Source of the DNA: a virus
Direction: 5' to 3' (one strand)
Length of the DNA stretch: 64,000 bases
Virus record (IMG/VR): IMGVR_UViG_3300037851_000950
Location: 1 to 64,000 of that record
Part shown: positions 7,921-15,049 of the stretch, piece by piece
Numbering within the stretch: position 1 is the stretch's first letter
Layout: every line of letters starts with the position of its first letter
Notes under the pieces: generated by a model
What the model saw: the letters and a program-made list of their open reading frames with translations, nothing else
Told to the model about the DNA's origin: nothing
Databases searched by the model: none
Translations under genes and position numbers: made by a program

Positions 7921-8565
7921 TTACTCCTCGATGGAGATGAGCGTTACAGCATTCGACTCGCTGAGTACAGCATCGACATCGGCCTCAAATTTACTGATTT
8001 CGTCGTTCATTGTCAGAATCAGTTCCTGAATCTTCAGCGGATCGACAATGTGCATCTCGTTGGCCTTCAGGAAAGGCTTGCGGATGGCATCAATGTCTTC
8101 GGTCGAGGTCTTGATCTGATCCTTTCCCAGGGAGCCTTCCAGCAGTGTCTGCAAGTTCTTTTCCATTTTTTCCATGGAGACCTTGTAGTTGCCGTCATTC
8201 TTGCGGTATGTCGCCTCAAGACGACTCACCAACGACTTTTTCAGAGCAATGAAGCTCTTCTCGGTAATGGCGGCGGCCACAGTCATTTCTTTGCCAGCCA
8301 CGGTTACCAGGGTCTCGGCGTTGGACTTTACGATAGCGGCCTTTATGGCAGTCTTGTTACGGATCAACTGTTGTGCAGAGTCCAAGTTTGCTTTTGCAAG
8401 AACCTCGAATCGTTCAGCGTCCGCGTACACAGCACCGCCGGCTGTCATAACCGGCTTGTCAAGTTGACGAATACCAACCGGGTCGACCGCTTGGATAGCT
8501 GCCTGGATGCGGGCGTCCAGAGTTTTCAATTCCGCAAGAGCACGATGAATGGTCAATGTTTTCAT
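7921..8565 (-). CDS. Coiled-coil protein, probably DIP1984/septicolysin-like family
   Basis: TIHRALAELKTLDARI...AIVKSNAETLVTVAGKEMTVAAAI...VDAVLSESNAVTLI; family assignment is from recalled motif similarity. Confidence 0.7.
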   Translation of the reverse strand: MKTLTIHRALAELKTLDARIQAAIQAVDPVGIRQLDKPVMTAGGAVYADAERFEVLAKANLDSAQQLIRNKTAIKAAIVKSNAETLVTVAGKEMTVAAAITEKSFIALKKSLVSRLEATYRKNDGNYKVSMEKMEKNLQTLLEGSLGKDQIKTSTEDIDAIRKPFLKANEMHIVDPLKIQELILTMNDEISKFEADVDAVLSESNAVTLISIEE

Positions 8566-8600
8566 GACTTTGGGTTTAGTTTTGATTTTTGATTGAATGA

Positions 8601-8624
8601 AAAGAGCCGGGCCATCCGGCTCTT
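8601..8624 (-). terminator. Terminator or processing hairpin after tmRNA
   Basis: AAGAGCCGG/CCGGCTCTT followed by Us. Confidence 0.7.
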
Positions 8625-8627
8625 GTG

Positions 8628-9032
8628 TGGATGCGCAGGGAATCGAACCCTGGTCCAGAGAATCACATATACTACAACTTCTTACAGCTTGTCCGGTTTG
8701 AGTCCGGCAACTTCGGGGCTGATGTTTCCATCTGCCACTCCACCAGCTTTGCGAGGGGATTTATGATGAGTGAGCTCTCATCCTCATAACGGCTTATCCC
8801 ATGCCTACACGTCTATCCGTAGTGTCTTTGCCTTTTCAGGCTGCTACTGCGAGCTCCTCGCGTACGAGGGAAATCACCTTAGCGTCTTCGCGGGTGCCGA
8901 GAACTCCACCTTGGAAGTCCACAGCGAATTTGTTCGCGTCGATTGTTGTTGCCTGTGCATTTTTACCTGGTACAGCAGACTTCCCAGGGCTGATTGTATT
9001 ACTGACGAATCCTGTCAATACCTATCGCACCC
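8628..9032 (-). ncRNA. ssrA: tmRNA (phage-encoded)
   Basis: Acceptor stem GGGUGCG/CGCAUCC with G3-U70 and discriminator A; UUGAC in the D-analogue; GGAC-CAGGG-UUCGAUU-CCCUG T-arm; pk1-like CCUGG/CCAGG; tag ORF ending LAVAA-stop; 405 nt; CCA not encoded. Confidence 0.93.
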
Positions 9033-9039
9033 AGTTGGA

Positions 9040-9047
9040 CAAAGTTA
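9040..9047 (-). promoter_or_regulatory. Bacteroidota -7 promoter box for tmRNA
   Basis: TAACTTTG (TAnnTTTG consensus) 7 nt upstream of the tmRNA 5' end. Confidence 0.75.
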
Positions 9048-9071
9048 GAAAGTTTTTCGGGTGATCCTATT

Positions 9072-9458
9072 TCATGATCTTTTGATTTGATATACAATCG
9101 ACACGTTGGAGTAACGAATGTACAGGTGAGTGTACTTCTTTTGGTCATTCGTCAGTATTTCCATATCTATCCGACAGCGTACGCCATCTTTATCAACGCA
9201 TTGCATTTCAATTCCGTCGGAAGTTTTCTCGGTGGATATGATCGAGAAGTGCTGTTCTTCTTTTGAGTAGATGTCGATCTCATCGCTATTGACGTCGATG
9301 ACGATCAAAACACTTGCTTGTTCCCAGTCTGTCCAGGGAGACCAGTTGTTGTACTTGTCAGTGGTTGACACGGCGAGCGCTTCTGAGCGTAGCCGGTATA
9401 CCTGCGCGTTCCCTATAAGGGATGCCAGGATGAGGGCGAATGTGAATAGATTTTTCAT
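9072..9458 (-). CDS. Exported beta-rich protein
   Basis: Signal peptide MKNLFTFALILASLIGNA/Q. Confidence 0.75.
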   Translation of the reverse strand: MKNLFTFALILASLIGNAQVYRLRSEALAVSTTDKYNNWSPWTDWEQASVLIVIDVNSDEIDIYSKEEQHFSIISTEKTSDGIEMQCVDKDGVRCRIDMEILTNDQKKYTHLYIRYSNVSIVYQIKRS

Positions 9459-9472
9459 TGGGTTATGAGAGT

Positions 9473-9505
9473 AAAAAGAAGAGCTGCCTTTGCAAGCAGC
9501 TCTTC
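9473..9505 (-). terminator. Intrinsic terminator
   Basis: GAAGAGCTGC/GCAGCTCTTC followed by a U-tract. Confidence 0.75.
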
Positions 9506-9522
9506 AGGATTGGGGAATTAAG

Positions 9523-9879
9523 CTAACACAACTTCGGAGGGTTCAGAAGAACTTTCCGAAGACTGGTTGGCGAGGATGCTTTATTGCAGAGAATTCTGTC
9601 CCGGCGGCACCATCGCTCATCCAGTGTGGCATATTTCGGGGTGAAGCTCGGATCAAACTCTTCGATGATGAAATCGGGCAGAAAGTACTCCTCACAGGCA
9701 GTCTGGCTGTGCATATCATTGCTGTACGCTGCAGTGGATACTGCAACTGAGTAATGATTGCCGTCAATAACGTACGTGAGTACAGCGGGATCACCAGTTG
9801 GAGACTTGTCGTAGCCTCCCAACGTGCCGAATCCGATAGCTACTACCGCGAACAGCGCAAACAGAAGAATCTTCTTCAT
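9523..9879 (-). CDS. Hypothetical exported or membrane protein
   Basis: N-terminal signal or TM segment. Confidence 0.6.
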   Translation of the reverse strand: MKKILLFALFAVVAIGFGTLGGYDKSPTGDPAVLTYVIDGNHYSVAVSTAAYSNDMHSQTACEEYFLPDFIIEEFDPSFTPKYATLDERWCRRDRILCNKASSPTSLRKVLLNPPKLC

Positions 9880-9934
9880 GTGTTTGTAGGTTGGATTTAG
9901 AGTGAATGTAGGAAAAAAGGCAGGTATGATGCAA

Positions 9935-10357
9935 CTATTGGTCCTTGCCGGTCTCGATGGGATTGACTTCAGACTCGATTTTCTTCAGAGATTCGATGAA
10001 TTTGAGCATCTTTTCAATTTTCTTGGCTTTATCGTTCTGCATCTCGCTATAATGACGACCGATCTGAATGCCGATTTCAATCTGAGCACATATCGGGAAA
10101 GAGGATTTCATAATCTGTTCTATGGCTCGCGTGATAGTGAATCCCTTCACAGGGTCAAGCTGATTGAGAAAGTTGTAAGCAAAGTCATGAGCCTTGTTAC
10201 CCATTTCTTTGGTCAGACCCATGGCCTCATAGATGTCGTTGACATCGTGGTTGAACTTAACTTCGGGAGTGATAATTGCTTCTTGGAGAACTTCCAAGGC
10301 TTCTTGCGGCTTTCCCTCGGAGAGCAACAAGTAGGCTTTTTGGATGACTGGGTTCAT
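9935..10357 (-). CDS. Hypothetical protein
   Basis: 140-aa ORF downstream of a promoter box. Confidence 0.7.
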   Translation of the reverse strand: MNPVIQKAYLLLSEGKPQEALEVLQEAIITPEVKFNHDVNDIYEAMGLTKEMGNKAHDFAYNFLNQLDPVKGFTITRAIEQIMKSSFPICAQIEIGIQIGRHYSEMQNDKAKKIEKMLKFIESLKKIESEVNPIETGKDQ

Positions 10358-10388
10358 GATGGTTGCATAAATTACTACTTGTACTCTG

Positions 10389-10428
10389 CAAATGTAAAAG
10401 GAACAGAGGAGGCTGGTCCTCTGTTCCT
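10389..10428 (-). promoter_or_regulatory. Terminator hairpin overlapping a TACATTTG -7 promoter box
   Basis: AGGAACAGAGGA/TCCTCTGTTCCT followed by TTTTACATTTG. Confidence 0.6.
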
Positions 10429-10570
10429 AAACAAGTCGGCTGTATACGCTATTGCGTTACGCCGTGGCGTGGTCGAGCGTGATCTCGGCGATAAGCCGTA
10501 TCAACTCTTCCCGGGTATAGGCAATGATGAGTTGCCCATAGATCAGTGCGGAGTAGTTTTTCATGATTGG

Positions 10571-10810
10571 TTATTTATTTTTGTGTTTGTGTTGCTTGTA
10601 ATTCAACTGACCGTGGATTTGTTTGGAAGTTGACTTGCTCTTGTCGACATAAACCGAATGATCATAAGTATGACAGATCGGTCCTTGGGATGCGCACGAA
10701 GAGACCAACAGTGCAATCAGCAGTACAATGAGTACCGGCAGCACGATGGTCCAGAATCCCAGCACGCGCTCTCTGCGCGGCGAGGGAAGAGAATTGATGT
10801 AGTTTTTCAT
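10571..10810 (-). CDS. Small lipoprotein or membrane protein
   Basis: Hydrophobic stretch followed by LVSSC lipobox. Confidence 0.65.
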   Translation of the reverse strand: MKNYINSLPSPRRERVLGFWTIVLPVLIVLLIALLVSSCASQGPICHTYDHSVYVDKSKSTSKQIHGQLNYKQHKHKNK

Positions 10811-10866
10811 TGATTGGTTTTGTTATTGATTTACCAGTGAAGCCAAGGCATCAAATGAGGAATCCC

Positions 10867-11202
10867 TCACCAAGGCAAAATCTGTTCGAGTACTTTCATG
10901 GCATTACGAAGTTCTTTGATCTTTTCTGCCCGGCCATCTTCCTTGGCCTGGACTGTTAATGATTTCCTCGCGTCATCGAATCCTTTGGTGTATCTACACA
11001 TCGATATAGTCCTGCACAGATCAGTGAAAGTCATCGGGAGACACTCGTTTACTTTTTCCAGTACATCAGGAGTCAGCTCCTTATCGAGTCGATAGAACTT
11101 AATGAAATCTGCAGTGACAACTTTTAAGTTTATTGTCATTTCTTGGATGGCGATAGCGCTGAGCTTTCTGGGTTTTCTTTTAGGTCGGGTTTTCTTTTTC
11201 AT
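10867..11202 (-). CDS. Hypothetical protein
   Basis: 111-aa ORF in operon. Confidence 0.65.
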   Translation of the reverse strand: MKKKTRPKRKPRKLSAIAIQEMTINLKVVTADFIKFYRLDKELTPDVLEKVNECLPMTFTDLCRTISMCRYTKGFDDARKSLTVQAKEDGRAEKIKELRNAMKVLEQILPW

Positions 11203-11205
11203 GGG

Positions 11206-11427
11206 TTATGATTTGAATTTTTCGATCCATTTGTTAATCTCCTCATAGGAGAATCCCTCTTTCTCCGCTTTCTCTATGATCTGCTCATGCAGTACGCGAA
11301 AGTGTTTCAGATGAGAGCGATAGCGTTCTCTGCTCAATTGAACAGCAGTTTTGTAGGCGTTGTAGTCAGTGAGCAGCCCAAGCAGTTTCATTGACGGTGT
11401 TTTTTCCGTCTCTTCTTTTTTCGACAT
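11206..11427 (-). CDS. Hypothetical protein
   Basis: Likely start MSKKEE after an A/C-rich leader. Confidence 0.6.
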   Translation of the reverse strand: MSKKEETEKTPSMKLLGLLTDYNAYKTAVQLSRERYRSHLKHFRVLHEQIIEKAEKEGFSYEEINKWIEKFKS

Positions 11428-11557
11428 ACTTGATCTTGGTTTGATTGGTTCATGAATTGAAAAGCCAGTCATTACCGAACTCTGACGGGAGCGCATCTTT
11501 CCCAGTATTCCTGGTGTGCGTGGGGATCAGCGGTAAAGACTGGCTTATGGGTTGGAA

Positions 11558-11734
11558 TCAGGGGAGATCCCAGTTGTCTTCGTTGGGAAGAGGTGAGATT
11601 TGAACCAGTTTTTTGATCTTGGTTTTCATCTCGGCTATCTCTTTTTCACTAAGGCGGTGGGTCTTTTTGCTCTCCCTTTCGAAGATCTTATCGACAAGCT
11701 TATCGATCTCCTCGGGTGTGCGATTGGATTCCAT
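11558..11734 (-). CDS. Small hypothetical protein (58 aa)
   Basis: Manual translation MESNRTPEEIDKLVDKIFERE...EDNWDLP. Confidence 0.55.
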   Translation of the reverse strand: MESNRTPEEIDKLVDKIFERESKKTHRLSEKEIAEMKTKIKKLVQISPLPNEDNWDLP

Positions 11735-11939
11735 GAGGTGAATATAGTAAAAGTCTGGGCTACTGATGAGTAGAGAACCGGCTGCCCATCACTGCCGAAG
11801 CAGATCAGGGCATGCCGGTAAATCACCTATCAATTCCGTGCGGCAATTGTCAGAGGTTCTCAGGCCTCTGGTGGAATGAAAGCTGGTACTGCGGTGGCCT
11901 CGCGCAGGACTCGCAAGCCTTGTTGGTGACTGAGTGAGA

Positions 11940-12125
11940 TTATCCTTTCAGTTCAAACGGTTTACCTGCTCTCCAGGATTTTACGGCCTTAATTGAGGTA
12001 TGGAGATTGGCAATTCGTGAAGCAGAGCGCTGGGCTTTAGGCTTTTGCAGCTCTGAAGACAGTTCGACCTGAAGGCGCTTGGAGCGTGCTTCAAGCAGAT
12101 CGAGTTCGCGTCTGTTGAGTGTCAT
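11940..12125 (-). CDS. Small hypothetical protein
   Basis: ATGA overlap with the upstream ORF. Confidence 0.6.
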   Translation of the reverse strand: MTLNRRELDLLEARSKRLQVELSSELQKPKAQRSASRIANLHTSIKAVKSWRAGKPFELKG

Positions 12126-12304
12126 GATTCTATGGGTTTAACCTGTACTTTGTGGCATTTGCTGCAGGTTCGAACCATTCGCAAGTAATTTACCGAGGGA
12201 ATTCCTTTGTCCTCTTTGTCTTGAGAGTTATAGGTTACTTCCCGGATAGACCATTTGCCGTAGTGATGGAATGGCCAGCAGGTTTTTGTTAAGAGAATTC
12301 CCAC
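12122..12304 (-). CDS. Small Zn-binding protein
   Basis: CxxxHH...RTCSKC. Confidence 0.6.
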   Translation of the reverse strand: MGILLTKTCWPFHHYGKWSIREVTYNSQDKEDKGIPSVNYLRMVRTCSKCHKVQVKPIES

Positions 12305-12351
12305 GGTAAATCCAGTGCAAAGTCCGCCTAAGAATAGGAATGTGAGTGCGA

Positions 12352-12645
12352 TTATCGCTTACGGGATTGGTTTTCAAAGATACTCGCTTCCCACTCTTTT
12401 TTGAGGATTTCCCATTCTTGGGTTAACCAGGCGTTGTACCTGCGGTGGCGTATCTCGAAGATGAGCGACAATAGGCTTAATACGGGGAAAAGCACAATCA
12501 CTGGCATTACTGCCGTTGTCCGGCTGGTAATGATTTCCACGGAATACAGCGCGGCTGTGGCCAAGAAGCTCAGGAGCATTGTCAGGCTGACAATGAGGAT
12601 AGCTGTGGGCAGGGTAGTTTGTCGAGGGTCAATTGGAGTTTTCAT
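12352..12645 (-). CDS. Membrane protein with two TM helices
   Basis: Two hydrophobic segments. Confidence 0.7.
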   Translation of the reverse strand: MKTPIDPRQTTLPTAILIVSLTMLLSFLATAALYSVEIITSRTTAVMPVIVLFPVLSLLSLIFEIRHRRYNAWLTQEWEILKKEWEASIFENQSRKR

Positions 12646-12669
12646 TGGGTTGATGGTTTATGATTGAAA

Positions 12670-12721
12670 ACTGTTTCGCTGTCATCACAGCTCTTCAGCA
12701 TGGGTGAATCCCATGGACAGT
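12670..12721 (-). ncRNA. Type III hammerhead ribozyme
   Basis: ACU-GUC^-CAUGGG-AUUCA-CCCAUG-CUGAAGA-GCUGU-GAUG-ACAGC-GAAAC-AGU: complete core and all three stems. Confidence 0.93.
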
Positions 12722-12726
12722 CGATC

Positions 12727-12838
12727 AGCATAATAAGAGGCAACACCTGCTGGTTTTAAATGTGGTTGTCTCCACTTTTCCTACTCTTGCGAGAGGTTAC
12801 TACGTTCAGCAGGTGATGCAATGCCTCTTAAATATGCC
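12727..12838 (-). ncRNA. ~110-nt structured RNA directly 5' of the hammerhead
   Basis: Long bulged stem GCAUA..UAAGAGGCA..CACCUGCUG / CAGCAGGUG.UGCCUCUUA.UAUGC enclosing two hairpins (CUC-GCAA-GAG; GUGG/CCAC). Confidence 0.6.
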
Positions 12839-12903
12839 GTTACCTTTATTTATCAATATTTGGGGGAACGTAACCCAAAAATGAACGAAGTGAAGTTTTT
12901 GGG

Positions 12904-12932
12904 AAGGGGGCTAACCAACGGTTAACCCCCTT
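12904..12932 (-). terminator. Hairpin after the 12942 ORF (possible terminator)
   Basis: AAGGGGG..AACC/GGTT..CCCCCTT inverted repeat; weak U-tract. Confidence 0.5.
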
Positions 12933-12941
12933 TGGTCTCGT

Positions 12942-13349
12942 TTAACCTTTAACGATGACCTTCACCTCTTTGGGATCGATATCCCACGATCCATCGTGGA
13001 TCTGCCACTTGCGGCCGTTCGTCTCACCGCTCGTACCGGGACGAGTGCTGGGAACGAATGACATACGGCCACTTGCGGGGAATTCGACAGTCTTTCCCCG
13101 GAAGTGATCAGCGATAGTCTTGCCATCGCGGAGCACAATTCCGCCAAGGCTATCTTGCGGAATATGGAATGTTCCACCTTCTTGAGGTGTGACTTCCATC
13201 GACTCGACATCGACGAGCTTCTTATTGCCACGCTTGTCCGTGACATTGCGAGTGAACTCGCCACGCTTGATGTCTGCGACATCATACGTACCACCATTGA
13301 AGATGGGTTGTACCGCGCCGTAGGCGGTGATTTCAAATGAATTTTTCAT
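12942..13349 (-). CDS. Hypothetical protein, first gene of the early strand
   Basis: MKNSFEIT..., A/C-rich leader, biased codon use. Confidence 0.75.
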   Translation of the reverse strand: MKNSFEITAYGAVQPIFNGGTYDVADIKRGEFTRNVTDKRGNKKLVDVESMEVTPQEGGTFHIPQDSLGGIVLRDGKTIADHFRGKTVEFPASGRMSFVPSTRPGTSGETNGRKWQIHDGSWDIDPKEVKVIVKG

Positions 13350-13605
13350 AATGAGTGTGTTTTGTTTGTTAAACTCAAGGTGTGTGGGGGGGTGAGGTAG
13401 GTATCCCTCCCACGTTGGCATCCCGAAAAAAAATTTGTTTTGGGATAAGCAGGCGGGTAAGTGGTGCTGATTTTATCAACCCCTACCCCTGATCTCAGGG
13501 GAGCCTTCGGCCGTCCACCGGTCTCCCTTCAGGATCCTTCGGTGGATAATAGAGAGAGGGATTTTCCTTCATCTTACAGGGGATCAATCACTTAGCCTCT
13601 GAGAT

Positions 13606-13668
13606 ACTATATCCCCAATGTAGTCAGACTATACTGGGGATATAGTCTGACTATACTGGGAGTATAGT
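13606..13668. repeat. Three 20-bp quasi-palindromic repeats (candidate iterons or operator)
   Basis: ACTATATCCCCAATGTAGTC (inverted), GACTATACTGGGGATATAGT and GACTATACTGGGAGTATAGT at 21-22 bp spacing. Confidence 0.85.
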
Positions 13669-13847
13669 TTCTCCTTACTTGAAGCTTTACTTCAACGATT
13701 TCAGCCTGTTTATTCTCAGAGGAGTTTTCATTCTCGCAAGAGAAATCGTCAAAAAGATTTTTTGACTTTCATGTTGCTATATCAAAATGTAGTATCTATG
13801 TTTACTACATGATCACTGGAAGCATAGAAGTTTAGCAGTGTTTTGAA

Positions 13848-13991
13848 ATGAATAAGAAACGAGAAGTATGTCCGGTATGCCTCACTGAGGGAACTCACAA
13901 ACTGAGTTGCCCGAACAATCCGGGACGTCCGCGCAAAATCTACCTTGAGATAACCTCGAAAAACAAGAAACAACATGGCAAGAAAGCGTAG
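13848..13991 (+). CDS. Small Zn-finger protein (47 aa)
   Basis: Manual translation MNKKREVCPVCLTEGTHKLSCPNN... Confidence 0.55.
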   Translation: MNKKREVCPVCLTEGTHKLSCPNNPGRPRKIYLEITSKNKKQHGKKA

Positions 13992-14508
13992 AATATTCTT
14001 CGAAACCCAAGAGGTGATCAAAAAGACCAAGCGGGGATACATCGATCTGGAGATGGATTACTTCCAGTTCTATGCCGCGGCATTTTCTCACGTCGCTTCG
14101 CTGTCTTCGAACTGCTCGAAGGATTTTATCCTTTGGGTAATGGCCCGGGTGGATGAGAACAACCGTTTCACGTACAGCAAGGATCTGTACCGGGAGTTCA
14201 ATAACGACCTGCAGCAGATCGCAAAGCCAAAGCAGTACGCAGAGTCCACGATGAACATGGCTTTGCGCGAGCTGTCCGAGTCCGGGATTATCTTCAGGGC
14301 TTCCCGGGGAGAGTATACAGTTAACCCCAAGCTGTTCTGGAGCGAAGAAGTTGCCCAGCGAGTCAAGTCGATCAAGCTTATGGAAGCAGAAGAGCGCCAC
14401 CTGCCTGAGCACGATGCTCTTCTTTACCCTAAATTTACCGACAAGGAGCTTGAAGACGTAGCTCCGGTTGTTGTACCTAACCCTCAACAAGAAAATGGAT
14501 CAAACTGA
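13975..14508 (+). CDS. RepL-like replication/maintenance HTH protein
   Basis: STMNMALRELSESGIIFRASRGEYTVNPKLFW; RepL homologues are typical of crAss-like phages. Confidence 0.75.
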   Translation: MARKRRIFFETQEVIKKTKRGYIDLEMDYFQFYAAAFSHVASLSSNCSKDFILWVMARVDENNRFTYSKDLYREFNNDLQQIAKPKQYAESTMNMALRELSESGIIFRASRGEYTVNPKLFWSEEVAQRVKSIKLMEAEERHLPEHDALLYPKFTDKELEDVAPVVVPNPQQENGSN

Positions 14509-14710
14509 TGTACTCAAGATGAAGATTCTCCGGGCAGTGGAGAAATCATCGAACAACGCAGTGTACGTTTCGCCTGAAGATTTCAGGAAGCTCGTTCACA
14601 ATAAGGATGTCAACATCAATGGAATTCTTGTGGAAAAGGGAATGATCTCGGTGAAAGTCGACCGGCTCTGCGTGCAGGGCCAGGTGAGATCAGGAGAAGT
14701 AGTCATGTAA
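14495..14710 (+). CDS. Hypothetical protein
   Basis: Overlaps the RepL stop. Confidence 0.6.
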   Translation: MDQTDVLKMKILRAVEKSSNNAVYVSPEDFRKLVHNKDVNINGILVEKGMISVKVDRLCVQGQVRSGEVVM

Positions 14711-14728
14711 CCAATTAAACCAATCAAT

Positions 14729-15049
14729 ATGAAAGAAGAAGAAAAAAGTGAAATCGATCCCACAGCAGACATTCAGGGTACACCTCCTGAGCCGAACGTA
14801 ACTGCTGCGACCAGTAATCCGGTAGAGATTACTGCAAAAGCCGGGTGGATTAACAGTGCCGATGAACCGACCCGCGAACAGACTGAAGTAGAAGCGCTTG
14901 CGGCAAAGCTTCAGGCGTCTGGCAACAAGGTAGAACAGGTAACCGGAGAGCAGTGGAATGCCCTGGTAAATGCCGGACTCATAAACCGTTCGTTGCGATG
15001 CCTTAAGAGTGGTAAACCGTTGGAAGTAATCGTTCCTCCCCACGAGTAA
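14729..15049 (+). CDS. Hypothetical protein
   Basis: 106 aa, TAATG coupling to the next gene. Confidence 0.65.
   Translation: MKEEEKSEIDPTADIQGTPPEPNVTAATSNPVEITAKAGWINSADEPTREQTEVEALAAKLQASGNKVEQVTGEQWNALVNAGLINRSLRCLKSGKPLEVIVPPHE

Noticed and set aside
8836-9018. 60-aa ORF as an independent protein
   Set aside because: It lies inside the tmRNA; its 3' part is the tag reading frame.
9478-9508. Second hammerhead (CUGAAGA-GCUGC...GCAGC)
   Set aside because: The stem is followed by UCUUC-UUUUU rather than GAAA; it is a terminator.
363-10633. Plus-strand ORFs in the early region (e.g. 7885-8592, 9902-10633)
   Set aside because: They overlap coherent minus-strand genes or RNAs and have no recognisable features.
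13606-13668. Mini CRISPR array
   Set aside because: Units are adjacent with 1-2 nt gaps, there are no spacers, and one copy is inverted.
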